Source of the DNA: an uncultured Gammaproteobacteria bacterium
GTDB lineage: Bacteria; Pseudomonadota; Gammaproteobacteria; Pseudomonadales; JAHEGP01
Reading direction: 5' to 3'
NCBI GenBank assembly: GCA_963722805.1
Contig: CAVROQ010000023.1
Location: 8,512-72,511 of the forward strand
DNA: 64,000 bases
The position numbers and the translations under genes are program-made. Positions 44,791-53,992 of this stretch are shown here, piece by piece (within the stretch, counting starts at the first letter, position 1; each line of letters opens with the position of its first letter). The notes beneath the pieces were generated by a model. It did not search any database. It saw only the letters and a list, made by a program, of their open reading frames with translations, and was not told where the DNA came from.

Positions 44791-47700
44791 CAATGCAGCC
44801 AGTGATTTACAGAGTTATGGACGGCAATGAGGCCGCCGCAGACGTCGCCTTTCGGCTCTCGGAAGTGTGTGCCATCTACCCGATCACACCGTCATCAACC
44901 ATGGCCGAGCTGGCCGACCAATGGAAGAACGAGGGCCGCAAAAACCTGTGGCAGCAATCGCCCACCATTATGGAAATGCAAAGCGAGGGCGGCGCCGCGG
45001 GCACCGTGCATGGTGCTCTGCAATCCGGGTCGCTATCGACAACCTTTACCGCGTCTCAGGGTCTCATGCTGATGATTCCCAATATGCACAAGATTGCGGG
45101 GGAATTAAGCCCCACCGTGTTTCATGTTGCGGCGCGCTCGCTGGCGGCACAGGCATTGTCTATTTTTGGTGACCACCAGGACGTTATGGCGGTGCGCAAT
45201 ACCGGCTTTGCGCAGCTGGCGGCAAATTCGGTACAAGAGGCCCACGACTTTTCCCTGATAGCCCACTCCTCCACGCTGCAGAGCCGAATACCCTTCGTCC
45301 ACTTCTTTGATGGTTTTCGCACCTCCCACGAGGTCAATAAAATTGCCTGGATAAGCGATGAAACCGTGCGCGAAATGATCAATGACGACTGGGTTCGTGC
45401 GCATCGGGAGCGCTCCTTGAATCCAGAGCACCCGGTCATTCGCGGCACCGCCCAAAACCCCGATGTCTACTTCCAGGGGCGCGAGTCCTGCAATCCCTAC
45501 TACTTGAAAACACCCGCTATTGTGCAACAAACGATGGACCAGTTCTACGCCCTGACCGGCAGGCAATACCACCTGGTCGAGTACCACGGCGCCGCGGATG
45601 CAGAGCGTGTGCTGGTGCTGATGGGCTCGGGCGCGCAAACCGTCAAACAAGTGGTCGCGCAATTGAGCGGTGCGGGTGACAAGGTGGGCGTGCTGGTGAT
45701 TCGACTGTACCGCCCCTTCCCGGCCGAGCAACTGGTAGCGGCCATGCCCACCACTGTTACCGGGGTGGCCGTACTCGATAGAACCAAGGAGCCCGGCAGC
45801 CAGGGCGAGCCGCTTTACCTCGACGTATTCTCGGCACTGGCTGAAGCCTACCAGGGAGGCTCGATAGCAGCGCTACCCCGAGTCATCGGTGGCCGTTATG
45901 GTCTTTCCAGCAAGGAGTTCACACCCGCCATGGTACGCGCGGTTTTCAGTGAACTGGAAAAGCCACAACCCAAGAATCATTTTACTGTCGGCATCATCGA
46001 CGATGTCACCCATACCCACCTCGAAGTGGCGGATGATAGCGCCAGCCAACTCGCGACGGATACCCGTGAAGCGGTGTTCTACGGGCTGGGGGCAGATGGT
46101 ACCGTGGGTGCCAATAAAAACTCGATAAAAATTATCAACGAAGAACCATCTCTGTTTGCCCAGGGATATTTTGTCTACGACTCCAAAAAATCAGGTTCGC
46201 AAACGATTTCCCATTTGCGCTATGGCCCCAGCCCCATAGACGAACCCTACCTCATCACCCAGGCTGGCTTTGTCGCCATTCACCAATACAATTTTGTTGA
46301 GCTTGAAAGCATTCTGGACATCGCGGCTGAAGGCGCAACTGTGTTGCTCAATGCGCCCTTCGACAAGGACACCCTGTGGCACAAGCTGCCCGCACACTTC
46401 AGGCAAACCCTGATCGACAAAAACCTGCGCCTGTTCGCGGTCGACGCCTACCAGGTGGCCGCAGAAAGCGGCATGGGGCGGCATATTAACACCATCATGC
46501 AGACCTGCTTCTTTTACCTGGCAGAGATTATGGCGCAAGATGACGCCATTGCCCTGATCAAAAAATTTCTCGCCAAGAGCTACCAGAAGAAGGGCCAGGC
46601 GCTGATTGATAAAAATTACCTCGCGGTCGACCAGGCGCTTTCGGGCCTGCATGAAATCAGCCACAGTGACGCTGCCATCGCCACCGCAGAAGCAACACCT
46701 GACCACAGGCAGATGCCCGCCTTTGTGCGCGAGGTCACCATGGAGATGATCGCCGGGCGCGGTGATTTGCTTCCGGTCAGTCAAATTCCGGTCGATGGCA
46801 CTTACCCCAGCGCAACCACCCAGTGGGAGAAGCGAGGCATTGCACAGAACGTTCCGCTTTGGGATTCTTCTATTTGCATTCAGTGCGGCAACTGTTCAGT
46901 GGTATGCCCCCACGCCGTAATACGGGCCAAGTTTTACCACGAGGACGCCCTCGCGGGATCACCCGCATCGTTTCAATCAATGCCCACAGCGGCGCGTGGC
47001 TTCCCCGAAACCCGCTACACGCTGCAGGTCTATACCGAAGATTGCACCGGTTGCGAACTGTGCGTACAGGCCTGCCCGGCAGAATCGGAGGACAAGCCCG
47101 GACACAAAGCCATCAATATGACCCCGTTGGTGGATGTGGTCGATAGCGAAAGAGCCAATGTGACGTTTTTTGAAACCTTGCCGTACCCCGATCGATCCAA
47201 CGTCGATTTTGCCACGGTGCGCGGCGCACAATACCTGCAGCCGCTGTTCGAATTTTCCGGCGCCTGTGCCGGTTGCGGTGAAACTCCGTATTTGAAAATG
47301 ATTTCCCAGTTATTCGGCGATCGCATGCTGGTCGCCAATGCCACCGGTTGCTCCTCCATTTACGGCGGCAACCTGCCCACCACGCCCTGGGCCAAAAATG
47401 ATGAAGGACGAGGACCGGCCTGGGCGAATTCCTTGTTCGAGGACAACGCCGAGTTTGGCCTTGGATTTCGACTGACCGCCGATCACCATCACACCCAGGC
47501 TGTCTACCTGCTGCAACAGCTGGAGCCCCATATCGACAGCCAACTGTTCGCAGACCTGATCAACCAGCCACAACACAGCGAGAGCCAGTTGCGTGCGCAG
47601 CGCGCCAGGGTAGACCAGCTTGAAATAGCATTGCGCAACATCCCGGACAATAGCGCGGCACGCCAGCTGGAATCGATTGTCGATCATTTGGTGCGCCGCA

Positions 47701-48368
47701 GCATCTGGATTGTGGGTGGTGACGGTTGGGCATACGACATCGGCTACGGCGGCCTCGACCACGTGCTGGCCAGCGGCCGCGATGTCAATATTCTGGTGAT
47801 GGATACCGAAGTCTACTCCAACACCGGTGGCCAGATGTCCAAGGCCACACCACTGGGTGCCTCGGCAAAGTTCTCGGTGGGGGGTAAACCGGTGGGCAAG
47901 AAAGACCTGGCGCTGCAGGCTATGGCCTATGGCAATGTCTATGTTGCGCGCATCGCCCTGGGCGCCAACCCGCAACAATCGCTGCAGGCCCTGCGCGAAG
48001 CCGAGGCCTACCCCGGCCCGTCGATTATTCTGGCCTACAGCCATTGCATAGCCCACGGCATCGACATGACCCAGGGATTGCAGCAACAGAAGATGGCGGT
48101 CGCCTCGGGCCATTGGCCACTGCTGCGCTACAACCCCCTGTTGCGCAAGTCGGGCACCAATCCGTTTGAACTCGACAGCCTGAGGCCATCGGTGACCTTG
48201 AAGGCCTACCGGGAAAACGAGGGCCGCTACCAGCATCTGATGCGCAGTAACCCGAAAGAAGCGGAGCGCCTGTTGGCGCTGGCCAACGAAGCCCTTGAAT
48301 TACGCTGGCTAAACTATGAGGACATGGCCACCCGTGAAGCCCATGAATTCCATCCCATGTACGAGTAA
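44787..48368 (+). CDS. nifJ: Pyruvate:ferredoxin (flavodoxin) oxidoreductase, single-polypeptide NifJ/YdbK type
   Basis: Start ATG at 44787 overlaps the upstream stop (ATGA). About 1190 aa. N-terminal MDGNEAAADVAF..YPITPSS, ferredoxin domain CIQCGNCSVVCPH/CTGCELCVQACP, and TPP motif GGDGWAYDIGYGGLDH. Confidence 0.9.
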   Translation: MTMQPVIYRVMDGNEAAADVAFRLSEVCAIYPITPSSTMAELADQWKNEGRKNLWQQSPTIMEMQSEGGAAGTVHGALQSGSLSTTFTASQGLMLMIPNMHKIAGELSPTVFHVAARSLAAQALSIFGDHQDVMAVRNTGFAQLAANSVQEAHDFSLIAHSSTLQSRIPFVHFFDGFRTSHEVNKIAWISDETVREMINDDWVRAHRERSLNPEHPVIRGTAQNPDVYFQGRESCNPYYLKTPAIVQQTMDQFYALTGRQYHLVEYHGAADAERVLVLMGSGAQTVKQVVAQLSGAGDKVGVLVIRLYRPFPAEQLVAAMPTTVTGVAVLDRTKEPGSQGEPLYLDVFSALAEAYQGGSIAALPRVIGGRYGLSSKEFTPAMVRAVFSELEKPQPKNHFTVGIIDDVTHTHLEVADDSASQLATDTREAVFYGLGADGTVGANKNSIKIINEEPSLFAQGYFVYDSKKSGSQTISHLRYGPSPIDEPYLITQAGFVAIHQYNFVELESILDIAAEGATVLLNAPFDKDTLWHKLPAHFRQTLIDKNLRLFAVDAYQVAAESGMGRHINTIMQTCFFYLAEIMAQDDAIALIKKFLAKSYQKKGQALIDKNYLAVDQALSGLHEISHSDAAIATAEATPDHRQMPAFVREVTMEMIAGRGDLLPVSQIPVDGTYPSATTQWEKRGIAQNVPLWDSSICIQCGNCSVVCPHAVIRAKFYHEDALAGSPASFQSMPTAARGFPETRYTLQVYTEDCTGCELCVQACPAESEDKPGHKAINMTPLVDVVDSERANVTFFETLPYPDRSNVDFATVRGAQYLQPLFEFSGACAGCGETPYLKMISQLFGDRMLVANATGCSSIYGGNLPTTPWAKNDEGRGPAWANSLFEDNAEFGLGFRLTADHHHTQAVYLLQQLEPHIDSQLFADLINQPQHSESQLRAQRARVDQLEIALRNIPDNSAARQLESIVDHLVRRSIWIVGGDGWAYDIGYGGLDHVLASGRDVNILVMDTEVYSNTGGQMSKATPLGASAKFSVGGKPVGKKDLALQAMAYGNVYVARIALGANPQQSLQALREAEAYPGPSIILAYSHCIAHGIDMTQGLQQQKMAVASGHWPLLRYNPLLRKSGTNPFELDSLRPSVTLKAYRENEGRYQHLMRSNPKEAERLLALANEALELRWLNYEDMATREAHEFHPMYE

Positions 48369-48426
48369 CATGTGCAGGCGGCACGCCGCTCGTTGGTCGG
48401 CGTTGCTAGCGGCTGCCAGGCCAATG

Positions 48427-49161
48427 CTATTGTGCCAATACCTGCAGCCGTTTGGCGTAATGGCTGAGGGAATATCCGAGGGTTCTGGCCAGGCCCTTTA
48501 GCTTGTCCGGCTCGAGGCAATCAGCCGCGGGTGGGGTCTTACCCGCATAGATAATGCGATTACCACCGCCACAATTGCAGGCATAAACAACAGCGAAATC
48601 GCGCTGCAGCTGTTGCGTCAGCTCAAGCTCCAGATCGTGTTCCAGCCAGTAGTTCAACACCAACCAGCCGCCGTCGTTGAGGGCGTCGGTGCAGCCGGCG
48701 ATAAAGGAAGGCAGTAACTGCACCATGTCGAGACCTTCTTCGAGATAGAGATCGACCATAACCAGGTCGAAGCGCAGGGTGTTTTGATCGATAAACTCCG
48801 GCGCATCGCAATGGTGAGTATGCAGTCGGCTCGACCTGGGCAGTTGAAAATACCGATGAGCTATCTTAATGACAGCCTTGCGCAGCTCCACCGTATGCAA
48901 TTCGCATTCGGCCAGGGTGTGGAGTATTGCGGTGGCCAGGCTGCCACCGCCCAGGCCCAATACGCAGATTTTTTTCGGCTGGCAAAGCAACATCACCAAC
49001 ATCATGGCCCGGGCATATTCATGCTGCGGAATGTGCGGCGAATCCCTGAGCTGCAGGCTCTGCTCGTGACCCGAACCAAAGCTGAGAATGCGCTTGGGGC
49101 CGTCATCCAGAACCTCAATCGTGCCATACTCGTCGTGGGTCTTGAAAACTGATCTGGCCAT
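48427..49161 (-). CDS. Spermidine-synthase-like SAM-dependent transferase
   Basis: 244 aa. ICVLGLGGGSLA (SAM-binding glycine loop), FDLVMVDLY, and the overall spermine/spermidine synthase-like pattern. Confidence 0.6.
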   Translation of the reverse strand: MARSVFKTHDEYGTIEVLDDGPKRILSFGSGHEQSLQLRDSPHIPQHEYARAMMLVMLLCQPKKICVLGLGGGSLATAILHTLAECELHTVELRKAVIKIAHRYFQLPRSSRLHTHHCDAPEFIDQNTLRFDLVMVDLYLEEGLDMVQLLPSFIAGCTDALNDGGWLVLNYWLEHDLELELTQQLQRDFAVVYACNCGGGNRIIYAGKTPPAADCLEPDKLKGLARTLGYSLSHYAKRLQVLAQ

Positions 49162-49401
49162 TGCTTACTCTCAAGCGCAAGAAGGTAATTTAGGGTATAT
49201 CGCTACCGAGATACAGCTCCAAGGGACTTCGTCACGCGAATCCGGGCGCTGATCAAAAATACAGTTCAGAGTCCCGAACGCACAATGTACTATGTCAAAC
49301 AATGGGTGGTTTTCCTTCAGTTCACCGCCGCTGTATCTAAGCAAGGCATTTACAGGTAAACACCACGTCGACCAGCGCACGTGATTTTATCGAGGCAAGC
49401 T

Positions 49402-50361
49402 ATGTTCAAGCTGTTTGAAAATATCTTTGAACCCTCCAGGCCCAAAGCCGACAGGTTACCGGAAGATCTGCTTGATGCAGCCGTTGAAAGAGCGGTAGAC
49501 GGCACCGACCCGCGCCTGAAAATGTTGCCTGCCTACGACAGGAAGCTGCGCGGGCCGGTGGCGCGAGCGGTGCAGTATGTTATCAGACTGGTTGATGAGT
49601 TACCTGCGGCGGAGCCACTGCAAGCCGAAACCCTTGCCAGTAACCCCGCGCTGGCGGCGATTTTTTACTCGGCTGAGCAGCTGCAGCGCATTGTCGAGCA
49701 CGATACCGAGTTAAAGAGTTTTCGCAAATTGAACCCCCTCAATCCCGGACCCGTGAACGCCCTGCTGCTGGTCAACACCACGCAAAAGAAGACGATAGGT
49801 ACGGCGCTGGTTGACGACAAAATGCGCAAGGACGTCGTCCAGACAAGCGTTGATTTTCATGACCAGCGTTTCATGGCGCCGGCACGAATAGAAGCCGAGA
49901 CGCGGGATTTGCTGAAGCGCCGGGCATTCGACCACTTGCTGCTGGTGGCAATGTCGCGCATCGCCCGCCAGGGCCAGCAACGCCAGGAGTTACAGGCTCA
50001 TCGGGCGGTGATGCAAAGCAAGCTCAGACTGATGACCCGCAGTGGCGGCTTTCACCATCAGCATGGGCATGGCCTGGAGGAGCAGGCCGGTTTGCAGGGC
50101 AAAATGGAGAAGATCGAGCAACAACTGGCAGCGCTTGGGCCCGACGAAAAAGTATTGCCGTCAAACCTCGCGATGGTGCTGGAAGTGCTCGAAAATGCCA
50201 AGGACCACTTATGGCTAGACCACACAAGCCTTTGCCTCGACCGCTACTACGTATTGCATAGCAAACCCGAACGCGGGGCACCCGCCATCGAATTTATGCA
50301 ACTGCACGGTACCGACGCAGATACACTGATTATTCGACTGGTTGCGCTGCCACCCGGTTAA
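49402..50361 (+). CDS. Hypothetical protein (319 aa)
   Basis: ATG 49402 after GAGG. Soluble, with a central Q/R-rich predicted coiled segment (ARQGQQRQELQAHRAVMQSKLRL...EKIEQQLAAL). No recognisable motif. Confidence 0.5.
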   Translation: MFKLFENIFEPSRPKADRLPEDLLDAAVERAVDGTDPRLKMLPAYDRKLRGPVARAVQYVIRLVDELPAAEPLQAETLASNPALAAIFYSAEQLQRIVEHDTELKSFRKLNPLNPGPVNALLLVNTTQKKTIGTALVDDKMRKDVVQTSVDFHDQRFMAPARIEAETRDLLKRRAFDHLLLVAMSRIARQGQQRQELQAHRAVMQSKLRLMTRSGGFHHQHGHGLEEQAGLQGKMEKIEQQLAALGPDEKVLPSNLAMVLEVLENAKDHLWLDHTSLCLDRYYVLHSKPERGAPAIEFMQLHGTDADTLIIRLVALPPG

Positions 50362-50512
50362 GGCACTGCCGACCCCACGCGACCATTCTACCGGCTGTAG
50401 CGGCGTTACTCATCGATCCAGTTGTACCGGAGACTTACTGCAACAACGTTGAATGGCGCCGTAGATCAGGCCGCGCCATCACCGCTGCCCCGAAATCTCC
50501 AGCCAATCTACA

Positions 50513-51940
50513 CTACAGCACCGGAGCCGCTAATCGCGAAAGCCGCACCGCGATTCGCCACCACAGCGGCTGGCTATCCCAGCTGTCGACGTCGATCGGC
50601 CTGGCGTGAGCAAAATCGTCTTCCAGCATGGCCACCATTTCGGCAGCAAAGGCTTCATCAAAGATTACCGAGCCCACTTCAAAGTTAAGCCGGAACGAGC
50701 GGTTATCAAAATTATGCGTGCCGACGGTCGATACCTGATTATCAATCAGCATGACCTTCTCGTGAAGAAAGCCTGGATGATAAGCATAGAAACGTATGCC
50801 GAGACCGCGAAGCTGGTGCATATAGTGAAAAGCCGCCAGATAGACCGGCATGCTATCGCCCTTTCCCGTCGTAATAATACGCACATCGACCCCCCGCAGA
50901 GCGGCAAGCTGGAGCGCCTTCATCACCGCCTCGTCCGGCACAAAATAGGGCGCTGAGAGCCAGATACGTTCGCGGGCAGCACTCAACGCGGAGACAAAAA
51001 ACAAGCTCGCAGTCTCCAGCCGCCCCGTTGGCGAGGTAGGGAGTATCATCACCGCCTGGTTGCCGTCTGCACTGCGCCGCGCAGTCCAGTTCAGCTCGGG
51101 AATCTCACGCGTTGCCCAATACCAGTCCGCAACAATGGTTAGCTGCACTTGTAGCGCGGCCGGCCCCTCAATACGCACATGCGTATCGCGCCAGGGGCTG
51201 AATTCCGGGTCCAGCCCCAGATATTCGTCACCCACATTATGACCTCCGACCCAGGCCACTCTTCCATCGACCACCACCATTTTGCGGTGGTTGCGAAAAT
51301 TCAGCTGGAAGCGGTTGCGCCATCCCTGTGTCGGCCTGAAAGCACTCACCTCAATGCCTGCCGCCCTCATGTCATCAACATAGGAGCGGGGTAATCCCGA
51401 GCTGCCTACTTCGTCGTAGAGCACCAGCACCTGCACCCCAGCCCGGGCTCGCTCCTTCAGCGCGCTTTTCACCCGTCGGCCAAGGCCGTCATCGTGAATC
51501 ATGTAGAATTGGAACAGGATATAGTTTTCAGCAAGAGCAAGCCCTTCGAGAATGCTGGCGAAGGTGGCTTCGCCATTGACCAGCAGTTCAACGTCATTGC
51601 CGCCGACGAATTCTAGATCTGAGAGTTTGCGGACCGCGTGATACCAGGACGGTACCTCGCCGGGCGCAATGCGCCATGGATCGAGACTACGCCGGAACCC
51701 TTGCACCAGCGATTCGATTTCGTCATAGCGTTGCTCGAATGCAACCGCCATACCTTCAAACTGATTGCGCCCTAACACAGCATAGGCGGGCACGGCGATG
51801 AACGGCATGGTCACCAGAGAGACCCCCCATGCCACCGCGCCTGTAGGTGTACGAGCCGTCAGTGCTGCGTGCAGCGCCAACACGATACCGGCAATATAGA
51901 AAGCTGTAACAACAATCCCGACCGTTCTTTTGCGTCGCAT
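50513..51940 (-). CDS. cls: Cardiolipin synthase (PLD superfamily, ClsA type)
   Basis: 475 aa. Two N-terminal TM helices and two HKD motifs (FRNHRKMVVVDG.., FLHEKVMLIDN..GTHNFDNRS). Confidence 0.9.
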   Translation of the reverse strand: MRRKRTVGIVVTAFYIAGIVLALHAALTARTPTGAVAWGVSLVTMPFIAVPAYAVLGRNQFEGMAVAFEQRYDEIESLVQGFRRSLDPWRIAPGEVPSWYHAVRKLSDLEFVGGNDVELLVNGEATFASILEGLALAENYILFQFYMIHDDGLGRRVKSALKERARAGVQVLVLYDEVGSSGLPRSYVDDMRAAGIEVSAFRPTQGWRNRFQLNFRNHRKMVVVDGRVAWVGGHNVGDEYLGLDPEFSPWRDTHVRIEGPAALQVQLTIVADWYWATREIPELNWTARRSADGNQAVMILPTSPTGRLETASLFFVSALSAARERIWLSAPYFVPDEAVMKALQLAALRGVDVRIITTGKGDSMPVYLAAFHYMHQLRGLGIRFYAYHPGFLHEKVMLIDNQVSTVGTHNFDNRSFRLNFEVGSVIFDEAFAAEMVAMLEDDFAHARPIDVDSWDSQPLWWRIAVRLSRLAAPVL

Positions 51941-52054
51941 TTTTACCAGCCCGCTTGTATAGGATCCAGCATGCCAAACCTATAGTATCCGGACGAATCC
52001 GCTGTGTAGCAATAACCACTTGCCCACAACTGGCCCAGGCCCCAGCTTAAAGTG

Positions 52055-53359
52055 CTACATGGGTCGTAACAGCAGATTCTGCTGTATTTTTTCCTGCACC
52101 GCGTCTGACACCCCGGCGGCCTGGGCAAATGACGACCATTTCGATACCGCAGCCTGGACTTCGCCCAGGATGATTTCGGCCCGACCCCGCTTCATTGACG
52201 CAGCCCTGGCACAGGCCCTGAAATCATCGAGGGTAAAGCCTTCACGCTTGCCGTTCATGGTCATCTGGTGACTGGCGGTCCAGGCGCCGGCAGGATTATA
52301 GCTGTAGGCCATATCAAACGCCGGTGACAGCGCCCATTGGCCGGACTTGTCCATCAGGAACGCAATATTCTTGACATGATCGTCCTGGTTGCGGGCCACT
52401 ATATTAAATGCCATGCGCCGAAACTGCTGTTCGATCGCCTGCATCGGCAGACCCAACTGCCGTATCACCAGCAGCGCCTGTTCGTAGCTGTAGGCGCCCG
52501 CCAGATTGAAATCAAAATGCGCCAGTGCACACAGGGATTGCATATGCAGCTTTTCACCCCCGGGGAGGCGGTCAAAGCGCCGGGTCATAAAGTGACGCCG
52601 GCCGTTCTCTTCAAGCAGGCGGCATTCGCTGATCTCGATACCGCACTCCCGCGCCATCAGGTAGTACCCATACTCGATCGCCCCGTACCCCCTGGGATCT
52701 TCCAACTCCTTGTCTTTGTTGCCGCTGACCCCATCAAATTTCAACAACCAGTATTCGAAACCATCGCCCGCTTTCACCTGGCCGGATCGCACTTCGTGGG
52801 TGTCGGGGTTCCAGGCGATAACGGCTTTCGCCCTGGCGCCACCGGCAGAGGTACCGACCCGCAAAATATCCCGCAGTGCGGCGGCCTTATCCTGGTCTTC
52901 GAACGAGGTCTGCAAGTTGTTGCGATGGCTCAGCACCCGGGATGCAAGTGCAACCAGTTTGTCGATCGCAATGTCTGTTGCCTGGCGGGTTACCGGGCCG
53001 ATGGCCGGTGCAAATTCCAGCGCCCCCATACCGCGTTGGCCGGTATAGCAGAGCCGCTCGACAGCGTTGAATGAATCTGGCCGTCGACCCTGCGATGCCA
53101 GCCAGGCGTCGATCAGGGCATTGCCAAACTTGTCGGGCAGGGAGTCGGCCAGCAGGCCCGGCAAGCCCAGGAAAGTCTGCCGCGAGAGCTCGGGAAAGCG
53201 ATACACCTGGCGCGACAGCGGCATGGTGAGCGGCGCCACCGGGATACCGCTGCGAGCAAAAGCAGCATCGTATTCGAACGCCGCGACCGGCTCTTGATCC
53301 GGTAACGAGACGGCGCCAATCGTCCTCCCCCAGAGTCTGACTTCGGCAACCGTACTCAC
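52055..53359 (-). CDS. hipA: HipA-family serine/threonine kinase toxin
   Basis: 434 aa. HipA N-terminal couple domain (LWGRTIGAVS..., PLSR..YRF). Kinase core with ARNQDDHVKNIAF and the activation-loop region GTSAGGARAKA. Confidence 0.9.
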   Translation of the reverse strand: MSTVAEVRLWGRTIGAVSLPDQEPVAAFEYDAAFARSGIPVAPLTMPLSRQVYRFPELSRQTFLGLPGLLADSLPDKFGNALIDAWLASQGRRPDSFNAVERLCYTGQRGMGALEFAPAIGPVTRQATDIAIDKLVALASRVLSHRNNLQTSFEDQDKAAALRDILRVGTSAGGARAKAVIAWNPDTHEVRSGQVKAGDGFEYWLLKFDGVSGNKDKELEDPRGYGAIEYGYYLMARECGIEISECRLLEENGRRHFMTRRFDRLPGGEKLHMQSLCALAHFDFNLAGAYSYEQALLVIRQLGLPMQAIEQQFRRMAFNIVARNQDDHVKNIAFLMDKSGQWALSPAFDMAYSYNPAGAWTASHQMTMNGKREGFTLDDFRACARAASMKRGRAEIILGEVQAAVSKWSSFAQAAGVSDAVQEKIQQNLLLRPM

Positions 53360-53715
53360 GACTTGTCACCCCAACTCCAGGGCTCATCCGGCGACTTGTC
53401 GCCAGCCTTGCGCGAGGCGCGTTGTCGTACCTTGCCTGCGCGCTTCAGCAGGTCCATCGGCCTGGGCCCGGCCTCTGGAATCAAGGCCTCCAGTCCCGGC
53501 AGGGCCTCCAGTACCCGCAGCACGCGAACCAGACTGGACAGTTGCGAAGAGTGCCCGGCCTCCATCCGCTCCAGAGTGCGCTTGGCGATGCCTGCCTGCT
53601 CGGCCACCATGGCCTGGGTTAACTGCAATTCGATGCGGCGGGCGGCAATACGCCGACCCAGTTCCGCAAGCACGGTATCATCAGTGAGAAAAGGTGAAAT
53701 CTTCATAGTCGACAT
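53356..53715 (-). CDS. hipB: HipB-like XRE-family HTH antitoxin
   Basis: 119 aa. HTH segment LTQAMVAEQAGIAKRTLERMEAG. 4-nt overlap with hipA. Confidence 0.85.
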   Translation of the reverse strand: MSTMKISPFLTDDTVLAELGRRIAARRIELQLTQAMVAEQAGIAKRTLERMEAGHSSQLSSLVRVLRVLEALPGLEALIPEAGPRPMDLLKRAGKVRQRASRKAGDKSPDEPWSWGDKS

Positions 53716-53860
53716 ATATTACGATAAATAGCCAGAATTGCGAATTTATTCGCTATTAATGACGATATAGATTAAATCATAAAAATTTCTTTTATTCGTA
53801 AATTATATCGACTTATAGAGTTTTATTTGCTTTTATCGCAATTTTTGACGACTTAAAGCA
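53716..53860 (-). promoter_or_regulatory. AT-rich hipBA leader with candidate operator repeats
   Basis: Palindrome GCGAAT-TT-ATTCGC at 53740-53753. CGATA at 53722 and 53763 faces TATCG at 53806 and 53834; the inner pair GACGATATA / TATATCGAC matches 8 of 9. Confidence 0.4.
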
Positions 53861-53992
53861 TAGATTCGAGAAACCACGCCGCTTGGCCATGCAATGCAAA
53901 TCCGCGCCGCGACCGGGCCTGCACCTGTCGCGATTCCAGGATCGATATGCCGGCAAGCGGGCAGCTGGGGGCGCCTTGCAAACCCGAGAGCC

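Noticed and set aside
47310-48236. 308-aa minus-strand ORF inside the PFOR gene
   Set aside because: It is antisense to the conserved TPP-binding region of PFOR and has no recognisable features.
52337-53074. 245-aa + strand ORF inside hipA
   Set aside because: It is antisense to the HipA kinase core and has no motifs.
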